DNA of 64,000 nucleotides from Patescibacteria group bacterium (lineage in GTDB: Bacteria > Patescibacteriota > Microgenomatia > UBA1400 > PJMF01). Both the position numbers and the translations under genes were made by a program. Position 1 is the stretch's first letter. Every line of letters starts with the position of its first letter. Below, in pieces: positions 40,282 to 49,958 of this stretch. The stretch is taken from positions 323,271 to 387,270 of the forward strand of contig BOKR01000001.1 of NCBI GenBank assembly GCA_016861085.1, written 5' to 3'. Below the pieces are notes generated by a model. The model saw nothing but the letters and a program-made list of their open reading frames with translations. It was not told the DNA's origin and did not search any database.

Positions 40282-41316
40282 TTACTCCCACCAAATTCTG
40301 CCTTTCAAACTTCTTAAGTCATCAAGTGCGTCTTTTGCTTGTTTTTTGTCTGGTGGCTTTCCGTGCCATTCTGGTAAATTTTCCATAAAATCAACATCTT
40401 TTCCAGGAGTCGTTTGACAAATAATTACAGATGGGCCAAGCCTGTGTTTTTTTGAGAGCTCTAAAGTATCTATGATCGTTTCAATTCTATGGCCATTAAT
40501 GGAATATACATTCCAGTTAAAACTTTTGAATTTATCGATGATTGATTCTAATGGGAGGATTTGTTCTGTATATCCATCAATTTGAATCCCATTTCGGTCT
40601 ATTAAAATGGTCAAATTATTCAGTCTTTTATTTGCTGCATACAAAAAAGCTTCCCAGTTTTGGCCTTCTTGTAGTTCTCCATCGCTCATAAAGCAGTAGA
40701 CGTAATTTGGTTTTTGATTCATTTTTAAAGCAGTCGCAATGCCTATAGCCTGTGATAGTCCTTGACCTAATGGTCCAGAAGTATTTTCTAACCCTGGGAT
40801 ATTACTTGGGTGTTTAATGGCGTGTTTTTTTTGATTTTTGTAGTCGTTAGTAGCTTGAAAATGAGGATGACCTTGCAATCTTGAGCCAAGTTTTCGCAAA
40901 GTCCGTAGTTCTGTTTTAGAAAAATATCCGCATTCCGCCAGAGTAGCGTACAAAACTGGACATATGTGTCCGTTTGAGAGAATGACACGGTCTCTTTCTT
41001 CCCAATTAGGTTTAAGTGGATTATGTTTGAGAACAGAAAAATACAAAGCTGCAAACACGTCAGCCATTCCTAATGGGCCGGCGCTATGACCACTTTCTGC
41101 TTCAAGTAGCATTAAAATGATTTCTTTACGAATGAGTGTCGCAAGCGCTTTAATCTCTTCATTGCTGTGTTTCTTATCTAAATGCTTTTTGTGAACGTGT
41201 ACCTTGTTGCCAAACTCACGCTCTTCACGTGAGGTATGTGAAGTTTTCTTTGAACTGCCAGTAAGCGCTTGGGCAAGCATTTTTTTCATTTTTTTTGGAT
41301 GAGTATGTGCACGCAA
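40282..41316 (-). CDS. transketolase, N-terminal (TPP-binding) subunit with basic/His-rich N-terminal extension
   Basis: TPP motif SDGELQEGQNWEA (the GDG...E...N pattern) and HSAGPLGMADV are present. The first roughly 50 aa are K/H-rich. Confidence 0.85.
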   Translation of the reverse strand: MRAHTHPKKMKKMLAQALTGSSKKTSHTSREEREFGNKVHVHKKHLDKKHSNEEIKALATLIRKEIILMLLEAESGHSAGPLGMADVFAALYFSVLKHNPLKPNWEERDRVILSNGHICPVLYATLAECGYFSKTELRTLRKLGSRLQGHPHFQATNDYKNQKKHAIKHPSNIPGLENTSGPLGQGLSQAIGIATALKMNQKPNYVYCFMSDGELQEGQNWEAFLYAANKRLNNLTILIDRNGIQIDGYTEQILPLESIIDKFKSFNWNVYSINGHRIETIIDTLELSKKHRLGPSVIICQTTPGKDVDFMENLPEWHGKPPDKKQAKDALDDLRSLKGRIWWE

Positions 41317-41396
41317 AACAAAACGAGCACTTACTCACTGCCTACTTTCAGTCTACTCTACTTGGATCTTACAACTCAAGAAGGAAATAGTTGAAT

Positions 41397-41978
41397 TCAT
41401 TTTATATTCAGTGGTGTTGCCTGGACAATAAACCTTTTGCTATCCATAAAACCGGAGCAAGTATAGAGGGTTAAAGTTTCTTGTGAAGTTGGTAACAGAT
41501 AGGTAACTTGGTTTGGTTCAACTTCGGTTATAAGCTTAATTTTATATTGATGTTTATCACCATTTTCAGTTGTAATTGTAATAACTTCGTTCCCTTTCAG
41601 TGCTCGAATGTTACCCATAATTTCTCTTTTGTTATGTCCATAGATAATAATGTTACCGTTTTCACCTGGTTTGGCAGATTGTTTAAGGTATGAAGCTTCA
41701 GTTTCCGAAATGGTCCAGTTGTTATTATCTAAAATTTGTTCGCTTATTGGTGTATCGACAAACCATTGAATATAAATGTGAGTAGGAACTTGACCAGAAT
41801 TATCTTGAACTGTTTGTTGATGTTGAGCCAATAGATCTTGATCTAATGAAAGGGCTTGGTATCTCAGGTACCAATGTAGCCCAGAAAGTGCCATCAAAAA
41901 CGCCCCAACTACAAGTAGTAGCACTGGGGCGTTTTTATTTTGATTTTGCTTTATTTTTTTAGTCTTTTTTCTTGACAT
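41397..41978 (-). CDS. sortase-family transpeptidase
   Basis: N-terminal TM helix, catalytic His in IIIYGHN, TLxTC motif TLTLYTCS, and a conserved Arg downstream. Confidence 0.7.
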   Translation of the reverse strand: MSRKKTKKIKQNQNKNAPVLLLVVGAFLMALSGLHWYLRYQALSLDQDLLAQHQQTVQDNSGQVPTHIYIQWFVDTPISEQILDNNNWTISETEASYLKQSAKPGENGNIIIYGHNKREIMGNIRALKGNEVITITTENGDKHQYKIKLITEVEPNQVTYLLPTSQETLTLYTCSGFMDSKRFIVQATPLNIK

Positions 41979-43242
41979 GTAATACTGCACCTGTGGTGAA
42001 CATTCCGGCACCTGCAAGTCCGAGTATAGACATCATAACATCTTGTGCAATTCCAGTCTCTGCGTAGGTTGTTGCACCTAAGACTTGACCTTGTGTGGAA
42101 GTGCCAAGCACTTGACCATTATTTGGAGTTGAACAGTTAGTTTCTTTGGTAACAAAGTGCGCCTCTGATGCAAATCCATCTGGGTAGACATCAACAAAAC
42201 CATCACCAGTGTAATCAAAGGCAACTAATGCTTGACCTTGAAGATCAGTATAGGAAATTTTTTCAACTCCGTTGTATTTGAATATAACTTTGATGCCCGA
42301 CTGATCAATATTGTTCACAGTGATTTTCTCCATTGCTGTGATTACGTTTGAGTCACAACTTGGATCAATTGTGGAAAATGCTGCTTTAACATTGTTGTTT
42401 GGGGTAGGAGTTGGTGTTGGTGTAGATTCAGGTGCTACACACTGTTCACTTGTTGGATTTGTTGCTAATCTACAATGTCCAGGTTCACCTTGAGTAGGAT
42501 CTCCTTCTTCAGGATGGTAGCAAATATATCCTTCACCAAGTTCTGTACACATTGAATCATTTAGACACCTACTGTCGCAGTGGGGGTTTGGATCAGAGCA
42601 TTCTTCAGTTGCTGGGCATTGGGTATATCCGCACTGACCGTCTGGAACTTCACTTGCCTCTTGTCCACATCGCTCTGGGCATTCTTCAGCCTCTGGAGCG
42701 TTGCCAGGACAAAGAATTGTGCCACCACAATCAAGCTCTAGTGTTTGATCAACTCTACAGGCATCACCCGTTGGGCAACTTACTGTTTCTTCACAAACTT
42801 CTTCATTGTTCCAACAAAAAGTAACATGACTAACAGCGGGTCTTCTACCACCATCATTTAAAGGTGAATATAAATTTGTATCAGAATTTTGTTGTGGATT
42901 GTAATTGAAAATATTAGCAGCGTTGCCACCCTTGACGATCACTGTGGCCACAGTATTTGGATTAGAACTCCAGTCAAAATATGTTCCATCACTATTGAGG
43001 ATTGTAATGTTTCCGTACGTTCCGTTTTTATCTGTATTATCCCAATTATCAATCTTTAAAGCATTCTGGAATGTTCCGATTTGTGAACACTCAAATTCTG
43101 CGTTTCCTGATTGCCAAGGATCTACTACTGTCGGTGTGACACTTGCTGCATTGACAACTTCTATTACCTGTTTTGGCAGCCCTACTGCCATGCCCACGCC
43201 TGCAATAAGTAAAGCAAGCGAAAGTTTTTTAGAAAGATTCAT
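41959..43242 (-). CDS. secreted Cys-rich surface protein with C-terminal cell-wall sorting-like signal (probable sortase substrate)
   Basis: Signal peptide, about 30 Cys in a central region, and a TPTPTPTP linker. The C-terminus is QVLGATTYAETG followed by a hydrophobic helix and KKKD. Confidence 0.6.
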   Translation of the reverse strand: MNLSKKLSLALLIAGVGMAVGLPKQVIEVVNAASVTPTVVDPWQSGNAEFECSQIGTFQNALKIDNWDNTDKNGTYGNITILNSDGTYFDWSSNPNTVATVIVKGGNAANIFNYNPQQNSDTNLYSPLNDGGRRPAVSHVTFCWNNEEVCEETVSCPTGDACRVDQTLELDCGGTILCPGNAPEAEECPERCGQEASEVPDGQCGYTQCPATEECSDPNPHCDSRCLNDSMCTELGEGYICYHPEEGDPTQGEPGHCRLATNPTSEQCVAPESTPTPTPTPNNNVKAAFSTIDPSCDSNVITAMEKITVNNIDQSGIKVIFKYNGVEKISYTDLQGQALVAFDYTGDGFVDVYPDGFASEAHFVTKETNCSTPNNGQVLGTSTQGQVLGATTYAETGIAQDVMMSILGLAGAGMFTTGAVLHVKKKD

Positions 43243-43471
43243 TTTTGTATCCTTTTCTATATCAAATAATACAATAATATATCAAACTAATCGAATAATA
43301 TAATAAATATTCAAAACTGCAATGAGCAACTTAAAAATAGTGAAATAAAAAGAGCCATATAACACACAAAACTCCTATTGAATATCGGGTAAAAAACGAT
43401 GTAAACTGGTAAAGAGGCACGCGGATTTGTGTTCGTTTGTTGTGTGAAAAACGTAATTTTAGTAAGAAACT

Positions 43472-44779
43472 ATGGCAAATCAATCAAAAAGCGTTTTTAT
43501 GATTGGCTGGGAGTATCCACCACATAATAGTGGTGGACTTGGCGTTGCCTGTGAAGGTCTTACACAGGCATTGGCTCAAGATAACACAAAAATTAATTTC
43601 ACCTTGCCATATGAATCAGACATCGATGTTTCTCATATGGATATCCAGTATTGTATTCATAAAAACTGGAAGCAGGTTCAATGTCATTGTTTAAAAAACG
43701 GACATAACTGTAACCACATTATCTGTGAGCCACCATTTTCTGCTTACTCGACAGAATTTATTTTTCCGGAGGAACAACTACCAGAAGAAGAAAATACTGG
43801 GTACTCATTTGATTTAGGTAAGTTAAGAAAACTTTCTAATACCCAGTTAGAAAAGCAGGTAACTGAATATGCCGAAGTTGTTGGTACAGTAGGTGCTGCA
43901 AAACAGAATGATTTTGAAGTAATTCATGCCCATGATTGGATGTCATTTCCAGCTGGGCAGCAACTCAAAAAACAAACAGGAAAACCCCTTATCACTCACG
44001 TTCATTCTACAGAGTTTGATAGGTCAGGACTTTCCAGTGGCAACCAATATATTTCAGCAATTGAATATAATGGCATGAAACAAGCCGACCAAGTGATTGC
44101 GGTGAGTCGCTACACCAAGCATCTTTTGGAGCAAAAATATGGTATTGATCCAAGTAAAATTACAGTGGTTCACAACGGCATCTCAGATTTACGACACTCA
44201 GCCGATCCTGGCAGGCACCATTTCGCTCCAAATAGGCCAGTAGTTGTCTTTATGGGTCGGCTTACAATCCAGAAAGGTGCGAACTACTTTTTGGATTTAG
44301 CCAGAGCAGTTTTGGAAAGGATTCCTGAGGCTCTTTTCATTGTTGCAGGACATGGTGATATGTATCATGAGCTTATTTTCAAGACTGCCCGGGAGGGACT
44401 TTCTGCTTCAGTGGTGTTTAGTGGTTTTGTGCGAGACGAGCAAAAAAGGAAGCTACTTGATCGAGCTGATGTGTTTGTTATGCCGTCTATTTCAGAACCA
44501 TTTGGGCTAGTAGCACTTGAAGCAGCGCAACGACACACGCCAGTAATAGTTTCAAAAAATGCTGGTGTGAGTGAAGTAATGCCACATGCGATCGTAGCTG
44601 ATTTTTGGGACATCAATAAAATGGCAGATTCTATTGTTGAATTAGTCACAAATAAAGATGCTGCCGTGACGCAAACAAAAGGGCAACTCAAAGACCTTGC
44701 AAAACAAACTTGGAAGCTGAGTGCGCAGAAGATACATCAGGTATATAAAAATGCATTGCTTGGAAAAAATTCAAGGTAG
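43472..44779 (+). CDS. GT4-family glycosyltransferase (alpha-glucan/glycogen synthase-like)
   Basis: GT4 C-terminal motif SISEPFGLVALEAAQRHTPVIVS is present. Confidence 0.7.
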   Translation: MANQSKSVFMIGWEYPPHNSGGLGVACEGLTQALAQDNTKINFTLPYESDIDVSHMDIQYCIHKNWKQVQCHCLKNGHNCNHIICEPPFSAYSTEFIFPEEQLPEEENTGYSFDLGKLRKLSNTQLEKQVTEYAEVVGTVGAAKQNDFEVIHAHDWMSFPAGQQLKKQTGKPLITHVHSTEFDRSGLSSGNQYISAIEYNGMKQADQVIAVSRYTKHLLEQKYGIDPSKITVVHNGISDLRHSADPGRHHFAPNRPVVVFMGRLTIQKGANYFLDLARAVLERIPEALFIVAGHGDMYHELIFKTAREGLSASVVFSGFVRDEQKRKLLDRADVFVMPSISEPFGLVALEAAQRHTPVIVSKNAGVSEVMPHAIVADFWDINKMADSIVELVTNKDAAVTQTKGQLKDLAKQTWKLSAQKIHQVYKNALLGKNSR

Positions 44780-44782
44780 ACT

Positions 44783-45970
44783 ATGGCCAATATTTGTTTA
44801 TATTTTGAATTACATCAACCGTTTAGATTGGCAGACGTTTCAGTTTTCGATATTGGACTTAGAAAAGAATATTTCAACAGAACAGAAGAACTCAATAGAA
44901 AAATTTTTCAAAAAGTTGCGCATAAATCGTATATTCCGATGCTTACGTTGTTATTAGATTTGGTGCGAAATAATCATGAATTTTATTTTTCATTTTCAGT
45001 AACGGGAGTTTTTCTTGAGCAAGCCAGCCAGTTCGCTCCCAAGGTAATAATGCTTTTACAAAGACTTGTGCGGACAGGGCAAGTTGAGGTTCTGGCAGAA
45101 ACCTATTATCACTCGCTGGCCAGCCTCTACTCAGCTGAAGAATTTAAAAAGCAAGTAAAACAACACGAGCAAAAGATTCAAGAATTATTCGAAGTTACCC
45201 CAACAGTTTTTAGAAATACCGAGCTTATTTATTCAAATGCGATTGGCCAGTTAGTAGAGAATATGGGGTATGCCGGTTGTCTCACTGAAGCAGTTGACAG
45301 GTATCTACATGGTGAGAAAAGAACACAATTATTTTTGGGTAAAACAAACAATAGATTACCTTTGCTTTTAAAACATGCACAGTTATCTGATGACATAGCG
45401 TTTCGATTTTCAGAAAAATCTTGGATTTCTTACCCTCTAACTGCTGATACATATTTGAACTGGCTTAACTCATATGGACACGATGAGATAATTAATCTAT
45501 TTATGGATTTTGAAACGTTTGGTGAGCATCAGTGGGAAGACTCAGGGATTTTTGAGTTCTTCAAGGTATTTGTTGAAAAGTCTTTACAGCATGAAAAGAC
45601 ACGGTTTGTAACTCCTAGCCTTGCGATAAAAAAATATAAAAATGCACAGTACTTGCCAGCCTATGATGTTCCCCACCCCATCTCTTGGGCTGACGTCGAT
45701 CGGGATCTAACTGCTTGGGTTGATAATGAGTTGCAAAGGGATACACTTGAAAAAATGTATGAGTTAGAAGAAGAAGTACTTGCCAGAAAAAACAAGGATT
45801 TGCTGGAAGACTGGCGAAGGCTTCAAACCAGTGACCATTTTTATTATATGTGTACAAAATGGGCGGCTGATGGTGATGTGCACGCTTACTTCAGTCCCTA
45901 TGAATCTCCTTACGAAGCCTACAGAAAATTTGCAATAGTATTAGCTGACTTACAAGAAAGAATGATTTAA
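44783..45970 (+). CDS. glycoside hydrolase family 57 protein (alpha-amylase/branching-enzyme type)
   Basis: N-terminal LYFELHQPFRL matches the GH57 signature, and an FETFGEHQWED-like acidic catalytic region is present. Confidence 0.7.
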   Translation: MANICLYFELHQPFRLADVSVFDIGLRKEYFNRTEELNRKIFQKVAHKSYIPMLTLLLDLVRNNHEFYFSFSVTGVFLEQASQFAPKVIMLLQRLVRTGQVEVLAETYYHSLASLYSAEEFKKQVKQHEQKIQELFEVTPTVFRNTELIYSNAIGQLVENMGYAGCLTEAVDRYLHGEKRTQLFLGKTNNRLPLLLKHAQLSDDIAFRFSEKSWISYPLTADTYLNWLNSYGHDEIINLFMDFETFGEHQWEDSGIFEFFKVFVEKSLQHEKTRFVTPSLAIKKYKNAQYLPAYDVPHPISWADVDRDLTAWVDNELQRDTLEKMYELEEEVLARKNKDLLEDWRRLQTSDHFYYMCTKWAADGDVHAYFSPYESPYEAYRKFAIVLADLQERMI

Positions 45971-45979
45971 ACTGAATAT

Positions 45980-47988
45980 ATGGCACGCGCACTGACATTA
46001 GGTAATGGATCTTTATTGGTTTGTCTTGACCAATTTGGTTTTGTGCGTGATTTTTATTTTCCCTACGTCGGTTTAGAGAATCACGTTTCTGGTCATAAGC
46101 ATAAAATCGGTATCAAAGTGAATGAGCAATTTTCATGGTTAGATGATGGAACCTGGGATATTTCGATTGGGTATAAATTAGAGACTATGGTGGGTTACTT
46201 GGTTTGTAAAAATGAGAAACTTGGTGTTTCTTTGGTTATGGAAGATAGTGTCTACAACGAATCTAACGTATTCTTGCGTCAGGTAGATGTATATAACCAA
46301 AGCGGACAATTTATTGATGTACAAGTTTTTTTCATCAGGTATTTTATATCAGCGAGACAAAAAAAAGAAACACAGCATTTTATGACCCCACTCACAATGT
46401 AGTTGTTCACTATAAAGGGAGAAGAGTTTTTATTGTAAATGGTAAAACTGAGCAAGGTACTTCAATTGATGACTACACGGTTGGAGCATATCAATATGAG
46501 GGAAAAGAAGGATCATACAAAGACGCTGAAGATGGAAGTTTGAGTAAAAACGCAGTTGAACATGGCAGTGTGGATTCTGTAGTGAGATTTTGTGCCTCAT
46601 GTGAAGACAAGAAAAAAACCAGGATTTTTTATTGGATCACTGCTGCTAAGACGTTAGAAGAAGCATATGAACTTAATGACATGGTGCTACGAAAAACTCC
46701 AGAAGGAATGTTGCATTCAACCGAAAGTTATTGGAATGCTTGGCTAGGGACAAGCGCGTATGAGACAAAAGAGCTCAAGAAAGAACATAAAAAATTATAC
46801 GATACTTCCCTATTCATTTTGCGGTCCCATTTTGACAATCAAGGAAGTGTAATTGCCTCTGCTGATAGCGAAATGATCGAATACGGCAAGGATGACTACT
46901 CATATATGTGGCCAAGAGATGCCGCGTTTATTGTCGAAGCACTCGATTACGCTGGATTTAGCGAAATCACTAAATCGTTTTTCTTATTTTGTAAGGATGT
47001 CTTGCATCCAGATGGATATTTACATCATCGGTTTAGACCGGACAAAGCACTTGGATCAACTTGGCACTCAACTACTTCACAGCGAGAGTGGCTAAAAGAT
47101 AAAATCTTGCAATTACCAATCCAAGAAGATGAAAGTGCTGCAGTGATTCATGCATTGTGGAATCATTATGTGCATACGAAAGACTTAGAGTTTATTGAAT
47201 TGTTATACAAACCGTTAATTGAGAAGATAGCGCAGTTTTTGATTCATTTTACTGATGAGGCCTCCGGTTTGCCGCTACCTTCATATGATCTGTGGGAAGA
47301 GAAAATCGGTGTTTCTACATACACCTGTGCGTGTGTGTATGGTGGGTTAATGGCAGCAGCTCAGTTTTCTGAATTACTTGATAAGAGAAACCACATGCGT
47401 GAATACAAAGAGGCTGCTAAAAAGATAAAGAACGCAGCAATTGAGCATTTATATAGTACACAACTACGATCATTTGTGCGGTATGCGCATTTCGTTGACG
47501 GTAAAGTTGTCCGGGATGAAACCGTGGATGCCAGTTCTCTATTTGGTTTGTGGTATTTTGACCTGTTGCCTCAAGAACATGGATTATTTCAAGACACCCA
47601 CAAACAGGTAATAGAACGTCTCTCTAATCCAGAGCAAACCAAAGGCATTATTCGCTATGAGCGGGATAATTATTTTAGGGCTAAAGACAAATCAAATCCA
47701 TGGTTTATTACAACTTTGTGGGAAGCTCAGATGAGACTTTCAAGAAGCCATGTAACTCAAGAAGATCTCGATTTTGCGTTGCAAAGTTTTGATTGGGTCT
47801 GTTCGTACCTCTATCCTTCTGGTGTTTTGGCTGAACAACTTGATCCTTATACTGGTGAGTCACTTTCAGCAACACCATTGGTATGGAGCCATGCAGTGTA
47901 TGTAAAGACTGTGTTGCTTTATTTGCAAAAAAAGAAGGATCTCGAACTTGAGGCAGCAGGAATTAGCAATCCAGTTCATGAATTATAG
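45980..47988 (+). CDS. GH15-family glucoamylase-like protein, reading frame interrupted at an A8 run near 46356-46363
   Basis: ORF 45980-46402 encodes the N-terminal beta-sandwich domain. The catalytic (alpha/alpha)6 domain continues in a different frame through 47988 (YMWPRDAAFIVEAL, LWEEKIG). One fewer A would fuse the two frames. Confidence 0.7.
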
Positions 47989-47990
47989 CT

Positions 47991-48914
47991 ATGACATATT
48001 ATTTAGCGGTTGATGGTGGCGGAACAAAAACAGATGCAGTTTGTGCTGATGAAACTGGAGCGGTAGTCGGGAGAGGTATGGCTGGTCCGACTAATTTGAC
48101 TTCAACCTCAGTTGGTGCGGCTAGTTTTAACTTGATCGAAGCAATTCGTCAGGCCGTCGAGACGTTACCAGAAAAAGAGCAGATTGGGTTTCCTATTTTA
48201 GTCATGGGCTTGGCTGGTCTAGATTCAGAAAAAGAATATAACGAAGCGCTTGATATATTCAAGCGTGCTACGGCCCATTACAGAATTGAAAAATTCGTTC
48301 TCATGAATGATAGTCTAATTGCGCTACAAAATGGGACAGATAAAGAGAACGCAATTGTTCTTATTGCTGGTACAGGAAGCATTTGTTTCGGGAAAAACAA
48401 ACAAGGACAAACCGCCAAGGCTTCTGGTATGGACTATTTGCTCACGGACCAAGGATCTGGATACGATATCGGGAGACATGTACTACGCGAGGCAGTGAAA
48501 AGTTTTGATGGACGGTGTGCAAAAAGTCTTTTAGAGGAATTAGTGTGCAAGCACTTTAGGATCAAATCGATTATTGAGTTGAAAAATGTTGTGTATCATC
48601 CTCCACTTTCTAAAATTGAGGTAGCAGATTTGGCTCCACTTTGCACTCAGGCCTTTGAGGCTGGTGATGCCGTTGCTAAAGATATTTTTGATTGGACGGT
48701 CTCAGCTATCACCACTATGGTTAAGACTGTTGCAGGTAAACTCAACCTTAAAGAATTTGATCTCATTTTTTCAGGCTCGATTACCGCAATCCCTTATATT
48801 AATAAAAATGTCTCAGAGATTTTTAAAAGGGAATATCCTGGTGTTACTATCATTACTCCGCACACTGAACCAGTTTTTGGGGCTTTAAAGATTGCGATGA
48901 AAGAGTTGTCTTAA
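47991..48914 (+). CDS. BadF/BadG/BcrA/BcrD-type ATPase; probable sugar kinase (N-acetylglucosamine-kinase family)
   Basis: N-terminal LAVDGGGTKTD phosphate-1 motif and ADENOSINE motif IAGTGS. Confidence 0.7.
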   Translation: MTYYLAVDGGGTKTDAVCADETGAVVGRGMAGPTNLTSTSVGAASFNLIEAIRQAVETLPEKEQIGFPILVMGLAGLDSEKEYNEALDIFKRATAHYRIEKFVLMNDSLIALQNGTDKENAIVLIAGTGSICFGKNKQGQTAKASGMDYLLTDQGSGYDIGRHVLREAVKSFDGRCAKSLLEELVCKHFRIKSIIELKNVVYHPPLSKIEVADLAPLCTQAFEAGDAVAKDIFDWTVSAITTMVKTVAGKLNLKEFDLIFSGSITAIPYINKNVSEIFKREYPGVTIITPHTEPVFGALKIAMKELS

Positions 48915-49226
48915 TTATTTCTTATCTGGGTGTACTTCTAATTTTTCAAACCAACCACGTCTGAATAAAATTCCGATAACTGCGTATACTCCAATATCGG
49001 TCCAGCTATCATCGATAGATTCATTTTCTGGTGTATTACTACTCATTAATAGATTCTTTAGTCGTTCTGCTTTTTCACTAACTCTAAAAGTAATACCAAG
49101 CTCTTTGATAGAGATTATATTGCCTTTTCCATAATCTTTATGTTTCTTGAGAAACGTAGCCAGCAATTCCGCACAGACTTGTTCGAATGCATCGTCTAAA
49201 TATTTTGGATCTTTTTGTTTCGCCAT
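48915..49226 (-). CDS. small protein, DUF1599-like (tentative)
   Basis: KHKDYGKGN and SWTDIGVYAVIGIL resemble DUF1599 as recalled from memory. Confidence 0.35.
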   Translation of the reverse strand: MAKQKDPKYLDDAFEQVCAELLATFLKKHKDYGKGNIISIKELGITFRVSEKAERLKNLLMSSNTPENESIDDSWTDIGVYAVIGILFRRGWFEKLEVHPDKK

Positions 49227-49308
49227 GGAACTGCCCTTCTCTTTTTCTTATACAAAATAGTGAATTACTATTTTATAACGAACTTGAGATTACTTGGCAA
49301 GTGAGAAG

Positions 49309-49878
49309 TTATTTTTTTCCTCTTCTCCTTTTGTTTTCTTCTGCTCTTTGCCTAGCCTCGGCAAGTAACCTTTGAACTTCAGCTCTTTGGGTTGGGGTGA
49401 GGGGATCACCAAGATGATTATCTTTTCCTTGTAAGTAGGCATCGATGAGCTTTCTCAACTTTTTAGCTCTTTTATCCCAGGATTTCATTCTTTTTTCATG
49501 CATTCGTTGCATCGCGATAGATATTGCTTGTTCTGCCAAGATTTTGTCCTCATATTCTATTTCTGAAGTCATAAACTCTGTTTGTCTTATGAGTTCTTCG
49601 TCAAGTTTTTCTGTTAGTATTCGAGCTCGTTTAATGCATTGACCACATTTGCAACCCTCAGCTCTTACTATTGCAGCTACATATTGCGTGATGAGTTCAT
49701 CAAGATATCTGATTTCAACTTGATGTGTGAATTCAATAGCCTTTGAAATAACTCTCCATGAACTTGGTGAAATTTCCTGAGGCCGTTGTTCTGCCTCTGG
49801 CAAAGAGAAAATGCTCATCAGATTGATGCTTCTTGATAATTTTGGATCGGGTAATGTGTCAAGTCTTCTTCTTAACAT
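49309..49878 (-). CDS. hypothetical protein with CxCxxC cluster and basic C-terminus
   Basis: 189-aa ORF with GCKCGQC and a K/R-rich tail. Confidence 0.45.
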   Translation of the reverse strand: MLRRRLDTLPDPKLSRSINLMSIFSLPEAEQRPQEISPSSWRVISKAIEFTHQVEIRYLDELITQYVAAIVRAEGCKCGQCIKRARILTEKLDEELIRQTEFMTSEIEYEDKILAEQAISIAMQRMHEKRMKSWDKRAKKLRKLIDAYLQGKDNHLGDPLTPTQRAEVQRLLAEARQRAEENKRRRGKK

Positions 49879-49958
49879 AAGTGCTCCTTAATTTTTTGAA
49901 GAATAAACTAATTGCAATGATTTATCAAGTGAAAAGTTATGAAGTTTAAAACAGTGTA

